A stretch of DNA of 64,000 nt. It comes from a bacterium (lineage in GTDB: Bacteria > SAR324 > JACQKK01). The notes under the pieces were generated by a model, which was given only the letters and a program-made list of their open reading frames with translations, did no database searches and was not told the DNA's origin. Shown piece by piece: positions 20,751 to 31,312 of the stretch. The stretch spans positions 448,001-512,000 of the forward strand of contig OZ251219.1 of the NCBI GenBank assembly GCA_965240465.1, in the 5' to 3' direction. Both the position numbers and the translations under genes were made by a program. How positions within the stretch are numbered: the stretch's first letter is position 1; each line of letters opens with the position of its first letter.

Positions 20751-21482
20751 ATGCCCCCCATGGATATTTCGCCTGCTCCCACACTGCATGTTAATTCCCA
20801 AGCTTCCACCCTGATAGCCCAATGTGCGGCTCTGCTGGACCAGATTGCCCAAGAGGCTATTCAGCAACGCGGTCGTTGTACCATTTCTCTTTGCGGTGGG
20901 AGTAGTCCTCAGCCTCTTTTTTCTTATTGGGCGCGTTCTAGTGGTATTTCTTGGTCGCAGGTATGGCTGTTTTGGGGAGATGAACGCTGTGTACCTCCTA
21001 ATGAACCCGAATCCAATTATCGCCTAGTAGCAGAACACTTGCTAGCCAATCTTTCTGGCACCAAAAGACCACAGATTTTCCGCATTCATGGCGAAAGACC
21101 CACTCCCTCAGTCGCAGCTACTTACTACCACAAACTGCTCCTAAAACTGCTCGGTCGCCAAGGACAACTAGACCTTGCCCTACTAGGCATTGGAACTGAT
21201 GGACATACCGCTTCAATTTTTCCTCAGCAAGCATCAATCATCAACGAACAAAAACTTTGGTGTAAAGCCACTCCTCATCCCACTAGCTTCATCCCTCGCA
21301 TTACCCTCACCTACCCTCCCCTGACCCAAGCTAGAAATCGCATCTTCTTTGTTCCCGACCAAAAAAAATCACCCATCCTAAAACAAATGCTCTCCCAGAA
21401 ACTCCAACCCCTTAAATGGCCCGCTCAGACCCTCTTATTGCTTCCCAATACCCACCTATTTGCATATCCACTCGGAAGCTGA
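20751..21482 (+). CDS. pgl: 6-phosphogluconolactonase
   Basis: LCGGSSP, FWGDERCVP, SNYR, LLGIGTDGHTASIFP, RITLT. Confidence 0.93.
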   Translation: MPPMDISPAPTLHVNSQASTLIAQCAALLDQIAQEAIQQRGRCTISLCGGSSPQPLFSYWARSSGISWSQVWLFWGDERCVPPNEPESNYRLVAEHLLANLSGTKRPQIFRIHGERPTPSVAATYYHKLLLKLLGRQGQLDLALLGIGTDGHTASIFPQQASIINEQKLWCKATPHPTSFIPRITLTYPPLTQARNRIFFVPDQKKSPILKQMLSQKLQPLKWPAQTLLLLPNTHLFAYPLGS

Positions 21483-21546
21483 ATAAATATCGCCCGACCG
21501 ACTGTCCTTACAAACCTCCTGTAGCTCCTCTGTTTTCCTCCAGAAA

Positions 21547-21996
21547 TTAAGGACAAAACTTGTTCCAGATGGAATAAATTTGCTGGGTTAGTGTTTTTGG
21601 ATCAAATGGTTTGCTGATCACCGCTTGGACACCCAGTTTTTGCAGTTTTTCTACTTCATCATGCTGAGTTTTGGCAGTGATGAAAACGATTGGCAAATCT
21701 TTGCAAGCTGGTTTTTTGCGTAGCTCTTTAAGGGTGGTTGGGCCATCCATACCGGGCATCATTACATCTAGCAATATCATTTGAGGCTTGAGTTCTTCCA
21801 CCGCTTGCAGGGCTTCTTTTCCGCTGGCATAGGCTTTTATTTGGAAGCCCCCCAATTTTTCCAATACTTGGCAGACTACAAAGCGAATGTCTGGATCATC
21901 TTCTACCAGCATTAATCTTTCTAGGAGTAACACTTCCTTTTTCATGGTCATTTTGCCTCTATTTTGAGCTGTCTTTTTACGGAAATTAGTTTTCAA
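21547..21996 (-). CDS. Single-domain response regulator (receiver)
   Basis: LVEDD, LLDVMMPGMDG, ITAK, ISKPF. Confidence 0.92.
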   Translation of the reverse strand: MKTNFRKKTAQNRGKMTMKKEVLLLERLMLVEDDPDIRFVVCQVLEKLGGFQIKAYASGKEALQAVEELKPQMILLDVMMPGMDGPTTLKELRKKPACKDLPIVFITAKTQHDEVEKLQKLGVQAVISKPFDPKTLTQQIYSIWNKFCP

Positions 21997-23626
21997 TATG
22001 GAGCATATTCACCGTAGGAACGTAATTGGATAAAGATTCCGTGGAGATGACTTGGTGCTTATTTTTCTTGGTGCGATCAGGTGGATCACCTGAAACCAAG
22101 GGTAAGTGGAAGTAAAATTCTGCCCCTCCCCCTTGGCGAGACTTAAAATGTATCCCGCCGCCGCTATGCTCAATAATTTGCTTGGAGATACTTAATCCTA
22201 GCCCGCTACCCCCCTTATGCTGAACATTTTCCATTTGAAAGAAAGGAATAAATACTTGGTTGGAATTTTTCGCTGGAATGCCAGGCCCGCGATCACAAAC
22301 TCGTACGGAGACGTATTCTGTTTCTGTCTTAAGATAGATATCAACGGTTTTTCCGCGGGGTGAAAATTTGGTGGCATTGGATATTAAATTAGTCAGCACC
22401 TGCAAGATACGGTCAGCATCGGCATATATTAAGCAGGGCTGCTTATGGGAGCGGCGAATTTGCAACTTAACTTGGAATTTTTCTCCATAGGCACGCATTT
22501 CTTCTGTGGCTCTATCCAGCAGGGCTACGAGGTCTACATTACTTTTGTGAAATTGCATGTGACCACTTTGTAGCCGTGAAGTATCCAATATATCGTCGGT
22601 GAGGCGAATTAAACGCTCGCAATTTTGGTGGGCGATCCGCAGTAGTTCTTGAGATCCATCATCGAAATTACTACTGGCTGATTCCACCAGCAAGCCTAAG
22701 GATCCCGCGATGGAGGTCAAGGGAGTACGTAGCTCGTGGCTAACCATGGAAACAAAATGACGTACCATTTGCTCCATACGCTTGCGTTCACTGATGTCTC
22801 TGAGAGCCATTACTACTACTGGACGTCCCTCATATTCTTGGAAGCGAGTGAGTACCTCTACTGGGATCAGATCGCCATTTTTACGTTTTAAGCAGCCTTG
22901 ATAGTGTTTATCTTTTAGTTCGGTCAGATCTCCCATTAATTTTGTGCCTGTTTCCCCATAGCCTTCGGGAAATAAGAAAGAACTCAATTTCACGCCCATC
23001 ATTTCTTCCACCGGATAATTCATGAGCTGCCCAAAGGCTTCATTGGCCGCGATTAAGCGTCGGTCGGACAACACCACCAAGCCTTCAAATGTGGCTTCAA
23101 ACAGGTCTCGGTAGCGGGTTTCACTTTCCTGAAGACACTTTTCTGCTTGATGTCGCTTAGTAATATCCTCAGCGTAGGTCAGCAAGCCTTGTAACTGCCC
23201 ACTAGGCTTAAACAGCGGCAATTTGACCAGCTTAAATATTTTTTTGTTATTAGGTTCGCCAAATTCTATTTCATGTTCCAGCTTTTTCCCGCTTTTGAGC
23301 CTTCGCCGTTCATTAGCACTAATGTCGGCGAAATGAATTCCAAACCGCTTTTGGATTTCCCTCAAATTTAGATGTTTAATGTCTTGTCCCGAAGCCCCTA
23401 GTGCTTTCAGAAATTGCATGTTGAGAACTTGAAGTTCGTGTTGAGCATTCTCCAGGTAGATCCAAAATGGTAAATTATCAACCACGGTCTGCAACAATTG
23501 CTGCTGAGCCTGTATTTTTTGCTCAGTCTTTTTGCGATGTATTTTATAATTTTTATCCCACGTAAATTTAATAAATCTTATACCAAACATCAGCTTGCGG
23601 CACTTTATCGGCTTTCTCAGCTTCAC
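21986..23626 (-). CDS. Cytoplasmic PAS-PAS sensor histidine kinase
   Basis: Two PAS domains with DIT/DIS linkers, SHELRTPL H-box, NLISNATKF, DRGPGIP, GSGLGL. Confidence 0.93.
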   Translation of the reverse strand: MKLRKPIKCRKLMFGIRFIKFTWDKNYKIHRKKTEQKIQAQQQLLQTVVDNLPFWIYLENAQHELQVLNMQFLKALGASGQDIKHLNLREIQKRFGIHFADISANERRRLKSGKKLEHEIEFGEPNNKKIFKLVKLPLFKPSGQLQGLLTYAEDITKRHQAEKCLQESETRYRDLFEATFEGLVVLSDRRLIAANEAFGQLMNYPVEEMMGVKLSSFLFPEGYGETGTKLMGDLTELKDKHYQGCLKRKNGDLIPVEVLTRFQEYEGRPVVVMALRDISERKRMEQMVRHFVSMVSHELRTPLTSIAGSLGLLVESASSNFDDGSQELLRIAHQNCERLIRLTDDILDTSRLQSGHMQFHKSNVDLVALLDRATEEMRAYGEKFQVKLQIRRSHKQPCLIYADADRILQVLTNLISNATKFSPRGKTVDIYLKTETEYVSVRVCDRGPGIPAKNSNQVFIPFFQMENVQHKGGSGLGLSISKQIIEHSGGGIHFKSRQGGGAEFYFHLPLVSGDPPDRTKKNKHQVISTESLSNYVPTVNMLHIEN

Positions 23627-23694
23627 AATTTTAGCTAACCAAAACTAGTCAACTTTGGAGCAAGTCACCCCTCAGCACACACTTTAACAAGCAA

Positions 23695-23779
23695 TTGTGA
23701 GATAAATGTGAAGATATTGTGAGAGAAATGTGAAGATATTGTGAGAGAAATGCGAAGATATTGTGAGAGAAATGCGAAG
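23695..23779. repeat. 22-bp tandem repeat (ttgtgagagaaatgygaagata, about 4 copies)
   Basis: Direct reading. Confidence 0.9.
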
Positions 23780-23874
23780 TCACCTAAGCTAAAAAGCGGG
23801 GATCTACCAAAATTTAAGGTGCTTTCCTCTGATGTTGCTCATATCCAGCTAAGCATCCGACCTTTATTGACTGA

Positions 23875-23948
23875 TCGGGACGAGAGGATTTGAACCTCCG
23901 ACCTCACCCACCCCAAGGGTGCGCGCTACCAGGCTGCGCCACGCCCCG
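23875..23948 (-). tRNA. tRNA-Pro (anticodon GGG), CCA not encoded
   Basis: Reverse complement CGGGGCGTGGCGCAGCCTGGTAGCGCGCACCCTTGGGGTGGGTGAGGTCGGAGGTTCAAATCCTCTCGTCCCGA folds as a cloverleaf with anticodon loop TTGGGGT. Confidence 0.95.
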
Positions 23949-24293
23949 CTCAGTACTTCTACTATTTCTTTTTCTTTATTGCACTCTATCTATTTTGTTT
24001 GCATCTATTTTATTTGCCTTTATTTTGTTTGCTCCCTTTTATCTGTTTGACATTTTCTGCTTCCTGTGTTCTCTGGTTAATAAAGTCAGGGCTACTTTGC
24101 AGATTAGTATTTTAGAGTGTCATCAGCAAGCACTCCCGCACAGTAGCCGAACCTAGGGGGCAGTTTTCATCATTTTATCTGGCAGTTTTCCTTTAGTTCC
24201 ATGGCAACCAATTACTTGTCAAGACTTTGTTCACGTCATATATTCAATTTAGACCTGGTGATACTGGCTTAAATATCCCTATTAAGAGTCCCT

Positions 24294-25289
24294 ATGAAGA
24301 ATCTGCGTACCCTTTCTGGTATTAAGCCTAGCGGGACCGTGCACCTGGGTAATTACCTGGGCATGATTAAACCCGCTTTAGCTATGTATGAGGATTATCA
24401 GACTTATTATTTCATTGCCGATTACCATGCCCTTACTACTGTTCGTGATGCTAAGGCACTTAAAAATGACTCCCTGCAGATAGCCGCCATATTTGCAGCT
24501 TCGGGCATGGATTTTGAGCGGGATGTATTTTTTCGTCAATCTGATGTTCCCGAGGTCACCGAGCTAGCGTGGTTGCTTAGTTGCATCACTCCCCAAGGAT
24601 TGCTGGAAAGGGCTCATGCTTACAAGGATGCCATTGCCAAAGGAGGTAGGGATTTTCTAGTCAGCGGAGTATTTTTTTATCCTGTTCTGATGGCAGCAGA
24701 TATTTTAATTTATGATGCCCATAAAGTTCCAGTGGGCAAAGATCAACAGCAGCACCTAGAGATGGCCAGAGACATTGCCCGGGGTTTTAATCATAACTTT
24801 GGAGAAACTTTTATCATTCCCCAAGCACACATTATCTCTGAGGTAGCCACCATTTTGGGCATTGATGGTCAGAAAATGAGCAAGTCCCATAATAATGAAC
24901 TGCCTTTATTCTCTTCTGAGGAAGAATTAAAAAAGCGGGTGTTCCAAATTAAGACCGACTCAGCTGCTTTGGAAGATAAGAAAGATCCGGATACCTGTCT
25001 AGTGTTCCAAATTTTCAAACACTTCGCTTCCCCCGAAGAACAAACCCACTGGAAAGCTCGCTATCGTGAAGGAAACATGGGCTATGGCGAGATCAAACAA
25101 GCTACCTTTGAAGCCATTAACAACTCCCTAAGCCAAAAGCGTAAAAAGTACTTCGCCTTATTGGAAGATCCTCAGCAATTAGAAACCATCTTAGCTAAAG
25201 GAGCTACCAAAGCACGTGCCACCGCCCAGCAAGTCATTGCTCGGGCCCGAAAAGCAATGGGACTCCCTCCCAAACCTGCTTCCTCTTAG
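24294..25289 (+). CDS. trpS: Tryptophan--tRNA ligase
   Basis: SGIKPSG..HLGNY, YPVLMAADIL, VPVGKDQ..HLE, KMSKS. Confidence 0.97.
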   Translation: MKNLRTLSGIKPSGTVHLGNYLGMIKPALAMYEDYQTYYFIADYHALTTVRDAKALKNDSLQIAAIFAASGMDFERDVFFRQSDVPEVTELAWLLSCITPQGLLERAHAYKDAIAKGGRDFLVSGVFFYPVLMAADILIYDAHKVPVGKDQQQHLEMARDIARGFNHNFGETFIIPQAHIISEVATILGIDGQKMSKSHNNELPLFSSEEELKKRVFQIKTDSAALEDKKDPDTCLVFQIFKHFASPEEQTHWKARYREGNMGYGEIKQATFEAINNSLSQKRKKYFALLEDPQQLETILAKGATKARATAQQVIARARKAMGLPPKPASS

Positions 25290-25292
25290 CCT

Positions 25293-26246
25293 ATGAGTCG
25301 CTATCCACCCCTGGACCTGAGCGATGTCAAACGCTTCCCTTTTGAGGAGCTACCCACCAAAGTAGATACCAGCATGTTGGGTAAATGCACCCTAGGTGAA
25401 AGCAGCTTTGCTGCTTTTTTCCACGGATTGCCAAACATACTCGCTGCCAGCCAACTGAAAACCGCCGTCCATCTAACTGCCGAAGCCATCTCTAAGAAAC
25501 GCTTGGTACTGGTAATGATGGGTGCCCATCTGGTGAAAACGGGACTTTCACCCCTGTTCTCAGAATTGCTCCGTCATAAGGCAATCGGTTGCCTCAGCAT
25601 GAACGGAGCAGGTGTTATCCACGATTTTGAACTAGCAATGTTCGGACGTACCTCAGAAAATGTGTCTGACAATCTAGACCAAGGACGCTTCGGATACGTG
25701 CAAGAAACCAGTGCCTGGATACACGAAGCGATTAAGCTCGGAGCTCAAAAAGGCTGGGGTTATGGAGAATCAGTCGCTCGCAAAATAGAAAGCCTAAAAC
25801 CTTCCCACCCCGAACTAAGCCTGGTCCTGAACGCTTGGCAAAACGGCATCCCCCTGACAGTTCATCCTGCCATCGGCACCGAAACCCCCCACCAACACCC
25901 CGAAACAGATGGAGCTGCCATTGGTCAAACCAGTTATCTGGACTTTCGTATTCTCTGCCAGCAACTCACTAAGCTGGAAGGAGGAGTATCTCTGCTATTT
26001 GGCTCTGCGGTTATTATGCCTGAGATCTTCTTAAAAGCTCTCACGGTAGTGCGAAACCTCGGACATCGGTCTCACCGCTTTCTAGCCGTAAATTTTGATA
26101 TGCTCAAGCATTATCGCTCACAAGAAAACGTGGTCCTAAGACCTACCCAAGCTGGCGGACAAGGCTACACCATCCTAGGTCACCACGAAATAATGATACC
26201 CTTGTTCTGGCAAGCGGTATTTCTGCTCCTCAAAGAAAAGGCTTAA
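25293..26246 (+). CDS. Deoxyhypusine-synthase-like hypothetical protein
   Basis: MGAHLVKTGLSP, MNGAGVIHDFE, TVHPAIGT, GSAVIMPEIFLKAL, GHHEIMIP resemble a conserved DHS-like family. Confidence 0.65.
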   Translation: MSRYPPLDLSDVKRFPFEELPTKVDTSMLGKCTLGESSFAAFFHGLPNILAASQLKTAVHLTAEAISKKRLVLVMMGAHLVKTGLSPLFSELLRHKAIGCLSMNGAGVIHDFELAMFGRTSENVSDNLDQGRFGYVQETSAWIHEAIKLGAQKGWGYGESVARKIESLKPSHPELSLVLNAWQNGIPLTVHPAIGTETPHQHPETDGAAIGQTSYLDFRILCQQLTKLEGGVSLLFGSAVIMPEIFLKALTVVRNLGHRSHRFLAVNFDMLKHYRSQENVVLRPTQAGGQGYTILGHHEIMIPLFWQAVFLLLKEKA

Positions 26247-26422
26247 AAACTCACGGCTGAATTAAAAAATTTGCCCTTTCATTTTATTCCTTAATTTCAT
26301 GTTATTGCATTGTTATCATTATAATAGTATATAGGGGGTGAAGAGTTATTTTCGCTTATCTTGTACCTGAAATTATCTGATGTGATTTTTATGCAATTAT
26401 TTCTTATGCAAAGGGATTAACC

Positions 26423-26716
26423 GTGAACAAATCTCAGCTTACGGCACAGTTGTCACGCAAGCACAATCGGAAGATCATCAGTCAGTCAGTCAATTTGTTT
26501 TTTGAGAACATCAAGTCGGCTCTAAAGAACGGAGAGAGAGTAGAGATACGGGGATTTGGGGTGTTCTATTTGAAGTCCTATGGTTCTTACCTAGGACGCA
26601 ACCCTAAGACTGGTGAATCTGTGATGGTGGCCCCTAAGAGATTGCCTATCTTTAAGCCGGGAAAAGACATGCGTTCCCGAGCAGATGGCTCTAACGGTCT
26701 TCAAAAGAATTCTTAA
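26423..26716 (+). CDS. ihfB: Integration host factor beta / HU-family DNA-binding protein
   Basis: MNKSQL, GERVEIRGFGVF, GRNPKTGESV, FKPGKDMR. Confidence 0.85.
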   Translation: MNKSQLTAQLSRKHNRKIISQSVNLFFENIKSALKNGERVEIRGFGVFYLKSYGSYLGRNPKTGESVMVAPKRLPIFKPGKDMRSRADGSNGLQKNS

Positions 26717-26734
26717 TGCCGTCCCTGCTACGTT

Positions 26735-26803
26735 CCGATTGCTGGGGGTTGCCGATTGCTGGGGATTGTCAATTATTGGGACTTGCTAATTGCTGGGGAT
26801 TGC
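26735..26803. repeat. Degenerate 17-bp tandem repeat (ttgccgattgctgggga-like, about 4 copies)
   Basis: Direct reading. Confidence 0.7.
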
Positions 26804-26857
26804 AATCCCTACCTAAAAGATAGACTGATAAAATAAATCATTCATTCAAGTTCACAG

Positions 26858-27679
26858 TTGGTATTTTTTGCTATGTTTTCTCCTCACACGGTTCAGACCG
26901 CCCGAGATTGGTACAATAGGGGAGTTACTTGGGTTTATAAGCAAAGTACTCACAGCGGGATAACCTATCTGGACAAAGCCCTAGCAGTGTTTGAGGAAAA
27001 TGGCGACCTGCGTATGAGTGCACTTACTCGCCATCACAAATTATTTGCCTTTTGCTTAGACCAAATGCCTGAAGAGGTGGAAAACCTGTTTCCTCAGGTG
27101 ATGCAAGAATACGTCCTCCTAGACGAAAAGTACGGGCAAGCCTTGTTGTTATGTCATTTGGCAGACAGTCTAAGGAATGAATTCCAGTGGCCGAGAGCGA
27201 TAGGTCATTATCACAGTGCGGTTGATTTAGCTACTCAGAATAAGTTTCGGATGCTGCAAGCTTATGTAACCTTGCGTCAAGCTAGTCTATTCAGGGAAAG
27301 AGATAATCTCTCTAGCGCCATTGACCTCTTGCAACAAACAAGACAATTGATCATTGATAACCCTCACAGTGCCATTTATTCCAACTCCCTGCTCATGTTA
27401 GCCCAATGCTTGATCAAGCTGGGAGAATCTTCTGAGGCTGTTCCTCTGCTGGAAGAATTACAAAATTCGCTTTCTAAGCAGGATCGCCTCCAAGAAGCTC
27501 TGGAGCCACTAGGGATGCTCTCCCGTTTATATGAGCAATCCAGCATGCAACAGGACAAACTTCGGGTGTCTGAGAAACTCCATTTATGCGGTCAGCGAGT
27601 ACTCAACACTACCCAAAAACACCTTGCCGATTCGCTGGGACCCTTCATTGATAGAAGTTTCTATCCGCCAGCTAATTAA
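26858..27679 (+). CDS. TPR-like all-helical hypothetical protein
   Basis: TPR-like A/L/Y helical periodicity; stop lies 2 bp before nadK. Confidence 0.7.
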   Translation: MVFFAMFSPHTVQTARDWYNRGVTWVYKQSTHSGITYLDKALAVFEENGDLRMSALTRHHKLFAFCLDQMPEEVENLFPQVMQEYVLLDEKYGQALLLCHLADSLRNEFQWPRAIGHYHSAVDLATQNKFRMLQAYVTLRQASLFRERDNLSSAIDLLQQTRQLIIDNPHSAIYSNSLLMLAQCLIKLGESSEAVPLLEELQNSLSKQDRLQEALEPLGMLSRLYEQSSMQQDKLRVSEKLHLCGQRVLNTTQKHLADSLGPFIDRSFYPPAN

Positions 27680-27681
27680 AC

Positions 27682-28518
27682 ATGGCTCGTTCCAAGCTGA
27701 AATTTAATCGGGTCGGGATCATATCTCGTACTCCCAGTACCTCCCAGAAAACTAACTTCCGTCAAGAAAAGCTGCTGGCATCCTTGCGATATGTAAAACA
27801 ACGTTTGGAACAGGAAAACATCTCCACCTTCTTATTGGAGAATTCCTCAGTAATCCCAGACTTGGATTTAATGATCGTGCTGGGCGGGGACGGTAGCGTC
27901 TTAAATGCTTTGGCTCAACGACCATATTGTCCGCTGCTGGCAATTAATTATGGAGAAGTAGGGTTTTTAACCGCCGCAGAAAGTGCCGATCTAGAATCTT
28001 CCCTAGAAAAGCTTTTACGAGGAGATTATGTGATCAGTGAGCGTTTGCTATTGCAGTGCGAATATGGATCGAGCCAGGCCTTGGTGGTTAACGAGGTTGC
28101 CTTGCGTAGTTCTGGTAAAATGCTGGGTTTGGAAGTGTTTGTGAATCAAGCTCGTATCCGTAACATTCGCGGGGATGGAGTAATTGTAGGTACTCCCACT
28201 GGTAGCACTGCTTATTTGCTCTCCTGCGGTAGCCCAATTGTAATGCCCAATGCCCAATGCATGGTGCTGTGTGGAATCAATGAGTACAATTTTAGCTCGC
28301 GACCGCTGATACTGCCTGCCTCAGCTGTCGTTAATATAAAGATAAACCGCTTGCTGGAAAACCAAGACGCTTGCTTGTCCGTTAATGGCCGACACCAAAC
28401 TAACCTGCGAGAAGGAGATACTATCACCCTGAAAGCCGCTCTTAGACCAGCTACCCTTATCTTTTTTGATCCTGATTTCTTCTTTAATAATTTATCCACC
28501 CGTTTATCTTGGCATTAA
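27682..28518 (+). CDS. nadK: NAD(+) kinase
   Basis: LGGDGS, GFLT, VNE, GDGVIVGTPTGSTAY. Confidence 0.92.
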   Translation: MARSKLKFNRVGIISRTPSTSQKTNFRQEKLLASLRYVKQRLEQENISTFLLENSSVIPDLDLMIVLGGDGSVLNALAQRPYCPLLAINYGEVGFLTAAESADLESSLEKLLRGDYVISERLLLQCEYGSSQALVVNEVALRSSGKMLGLEVFVNQARIRNIRGDGVIVGTPTGSTAYLLSCGSPIVMPNAQCMVLCGINEYNFSSRPLILPASAVVNIKINRLLENQDACLSVNGRHQTNLREGDTITLKAALRPATLIFFDPDFFFNNLSTRLSWH

Positions 28519-28541
28519 ATTGTTTCCGAATCGTTTCTGAT

Positions 28542-28570
28542 TTGACAATTGCCATTAATTTGACTACCCT
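28542..28570 (+). promoter_or_regulatory. Candidate sigma70 promoter upstream of recA
   Basis: TTGACA, 17-bp spacer, TACCCT. Confidence 0.45.
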
Positions 28571-28690
28571 TTGTCCACCTGAGTTCAAACTTGATCCTTA
28601 GAGTTTGACCAAGGATGGTCGGCTATTTCCATTGCTTTGGGAATATTTTTGCGGGATGTTTTTGCGGGATGCTGTAAGCGACTCATCGGT

Positions 28691-28760
28691 GGGATTCGGA
28701 TACACACTGCGGGATTCGGATATGCTGTGAGATTCGGATATGCTGTGAGATTCGGATACA
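28691..28760. repeat. 18-20-bp tandem repeat (gattcggatatgctgtga-like, 4 copies) upstream of recA
   Basis: Direct reading. Confidence 0.88.
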
Positions 28761-28842
28761 AAAAGAGCCTCCCCCCGCGTACCCGCATAGGTTTTTCACA
28801 CCGCCTGGATGCCGCAAGTTCAACCTCAAATAGGATATTAAG

Positions 28843-29946
28843 ATGGCTAGTACCAAGAAGGAAACAGAACAAAAACAACAATCTATTAGCATAGCTATGT
28901 CCCAGATAGAACGCCTTTATGGCAAGGGAGCTATCATGCACATGGGAACTGACAAGGTGGTAGATGTAGACGTGATCTCCAGCGGCAACATTGGTTTGGA
29001 CATTGCCTTAGGGGTAGGAGGATTTCCCAGGGGACGCATTATTGAGATTTATGGTCCTGAGGCTTCTGGCAAAACCACCTTAGCCTTGCATGCGGTAGCC
29101 GAGGTACAAAAGAACGGTGGAATAGCTGCCTACATAGATGCCGAACACGCACTAGATATGCGTTATGCTCGTTTGATTGGAGTGCAAAGCAAGGAGTTGT
29201 TATTGTCTCAGCCTGATTATGGAGAGCAAGCTTTAGAGATAGTGGAAATATTGGTGAGGAGCGGTGCCGTTGATATAGTAGTGGTGGACTCGGTAGCTGC
29301 CTTAGTACCTAAGAATGAATTAGAGGGAAATATGGGTGACGCCCATATGGCTCAGCAAGCCCGTTTGATGTCTCAGGCTTTGCGTAAGTTAACCGCGGTG
29401 ATCTCCAAATCTAAGACCATGGTGGTTTTCATCAACCAGTTGAGAATGAAGGTGGGAGTAGTATTTGGTAATCCAGAAACTACTACTGGAGGAAATGCCT
29501 TGAAATTTTATTCCACCATGCGTTTGGATGTGCGTAAGATCAGTGCCATCAAGGAGGGCGATTTAATAGTCGGGGCCCGTATTAGAATTAAGGTGGTAAA
29601 GAATAAGGTAGCCCCACCGTTCCGCCAAGTAGAATGCGACATCATGCACACTGAGGGCATCTCTTATAGCGGTTCCTTGCTGGATATGTCTCTGGAGGCA
29701 GAAGTTATCCAAAAATCGGGTACTTGGTTTTCATTTGACGGCCAGAGGATCGGTCAAGGACGAGAGAATGCCAAGCAATTTTTGGTGGCTCAGCCTGCCA
29801 TCCGTGAGAAGCTGGAAAAATTAGTGCGTGAGAAATACAAACTCAACAAAAATGCCCCCCTTAATGACCCTCCAGCTGAACAGGCAGTTGAGGTCAAGGC
29901 TTCAGAGCCAGATGTCAAAGACGACCGCAAGGTGGTGGGAGGCTGA
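28843..29946 (+). CDS. recA: Recombinase RecA
   Basis: [42 protein letters not shown]. Confidence 0.99.
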   Translation: MASTKKETEQKQQSISIAMSQIERLYGKGAIMHMGTDKVVDVDVISSGNIGLDIALGVGGFPRGRIIEIYGPEASGKTTLALHAVAEVQKNGGIAAYIDAEHALDMRYARLIGVQSKELLLSQPDYGEQALEIVEILVRSGAVDIVVVDSVAALVPKNELEGNMGDAHMAQQARLMSQALRKLTAVISKSKTMVVFINQLRMKVGVVFGNPETTTGGNALKFYSTMRLDVRKISAIKEGDLIVGARIRIKVVKNKVAPPFRQVECDIMHTEGISYSGSLLDMSLEAEVIQKSGTWFSFDGQRIGQGRENAKQFLVAQPAIREKLEKLVREKYKLNKNAPLNDPPAEQAVEVKASEPDVKDDRKVVGG

Positions 29947-29980
29947 AAGTGGGCAAGCAAAAAAGACGTGAGACAGGTTA

Positions 29981-30099
29981 AAAACGGGCAAAGACAGGCA
30001 GATACGGGCAAAGACAGGCAGATACGGGCAAAGACAGGCAAAGACTGGCAGATACGGGCAAAGACTGGCAGATACGGGCAAAGACAGGCAGATACGGGT
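29981..30099. repeat. 10-bp module array (aagacaggca / gatacgggca / aagactggca, about 12 modules)
   Basis: Direct reading; between recA and mnmH. Confidence 0.93.
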
Positions 30100-30122
30100 A
30101 ATTAGGGCGTAGGAGGCGAACG

Positions 30123-31184
30123 GTGAAAACGGTCTCTGCCTCTAATATCGTTGCCCATTTGCAGCACAGTGCAGTGGTAGACGTACGCACTGATGCCGAA
30201 TTTCAGCGAGGTCATATTCCTTTAGCGGTCAATCGCCCCTTGCTTTCCAACTCAGAAAGAGCTTCTGTGGGCTGGCTCTACAAACATGCGGGTAGACCAG
30301 CGGCTCTTAACCGAGGCTGGGCGATGGTAATGCCTAAGTTGGAAGCGTTTTTACAGTCATTTGAGGCTTGGCGTCCGCAATCGGTGTTGGTCTACTGTGC
30401 CAGAGGAGGAATGCGTTCTGAGTCGGTCTGTAAGGTACTCCAGCAAAGGGGGTTCTTTGCTATCCAGCTCCAGGGAGGATACAAGGCATTTCGGCAATGG
30501 ATCCTACAACGAATCCCCCAACTAATCCCCAACCAAGTGCTCGTCCTGCAAGGACTTACTGGAGTAGGCAAAACTCGCCTCCTACAAAGGCTTAACAACC
30601 ATCTTGACTTAGAAGCTTGTGCTCAGCATCGGGGTTCCCTGTTCGGTGCAGTAGGTCTGCAACCCCACACCCAACAGCAATTTGAGGCCCGCTTATGGCT
30701 CGCCCTAGAAAAACTAGACCTCACCCAACTGATGTGGATAGAAGCCGAAAGCTCAAAAATCGGCTCAGTCCTGCTACCGAACACCTTGCACCTAACCATC
30801 CGCAACAACCCCAAAATATTGATTACTGCCCCTCTGAAATCCCGCCTTGAACGCATCATTGCCGATTACGGCTTGTTAACCAACCAAGGAAAACAACAAT
30901 TAGAAAAAGCCATCCAAAGCCTAAAATCCTTACTCGGTAAAAAATGTACCCAACAATTATCCCAATGGTTGCACCAAAACCAACTGGAAAATATCGTCCG
31001 CTTGCTACTGAAAAATTACTACGACCCCCGCTATCGTCGCTCCATGGGACCACCCAACTGGGCTACCATAATTGATAATCAAAACCTACCCCAAGCAACT
31101 CAACAACTAGCAGATTTCGGCAAGCTAAAAACCAAGCCCGATGTATCGTCTATTAGCAGGCAGGAAGCACATCTGCCTTTATAA
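30123..31184 (+). CDS. mnmH: tRNA 2-selenouridine synthase (MnmH/SelU)
   Basis: Rhodanese domain DVR..EF..GHIP and YCARGGMRS, GGYKAFR; P-loop GLTGVGKT; HRGSLFG; YYDPRY. Confidence 0.93.
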   Translation: MKTVSASNIVAHLQHSAVVDVRTDAEFQRGHIPLAVNRPLLSNSERASVGWLYKHAGRPAALNRGWAMVMPKLEAFLQSFEAWRPQSVLVYCARGGMRSESVCKVLQQRGFFAIQLQGGYKAFRQWILQRIPQLIPNQVLVLQGLTGVGKTRLLQRLNNHLDLEACAQHRGSLFGAVGLQPHTQQQFEARLWLALEKLDLTQLMWIEAESSKIGSVLLPNTLHLTIRNNPKILITAPLKSRLERIIADYGLLTNQGKQQLEKAIQSLKSLLGKKCTQQLSQWLHQNQLENIVRLLLKNYYDPRYRRSMGPPNWATIIDNQNLPQATQQLADFGKLKTKPDVSSISRQEAHLPL

Positions 31185-31312
31185 AAAATGGGACTAAGCA
31201 AAATATTGTGGCATATTACGCCATGGTTCATACTTACGCCATGGTTCATCGGGAAACATTCTATGACAATCTTATTAAAGTTTATAAAATTTTACCTGCA
31301 TGGATGTGATAA

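Noticed and set aside
23875-23948. tRNA-Pro as an integration site for an island or prophage
   Set aside because: No integrase nearby and no duplicated tRNA 3' end found by eye
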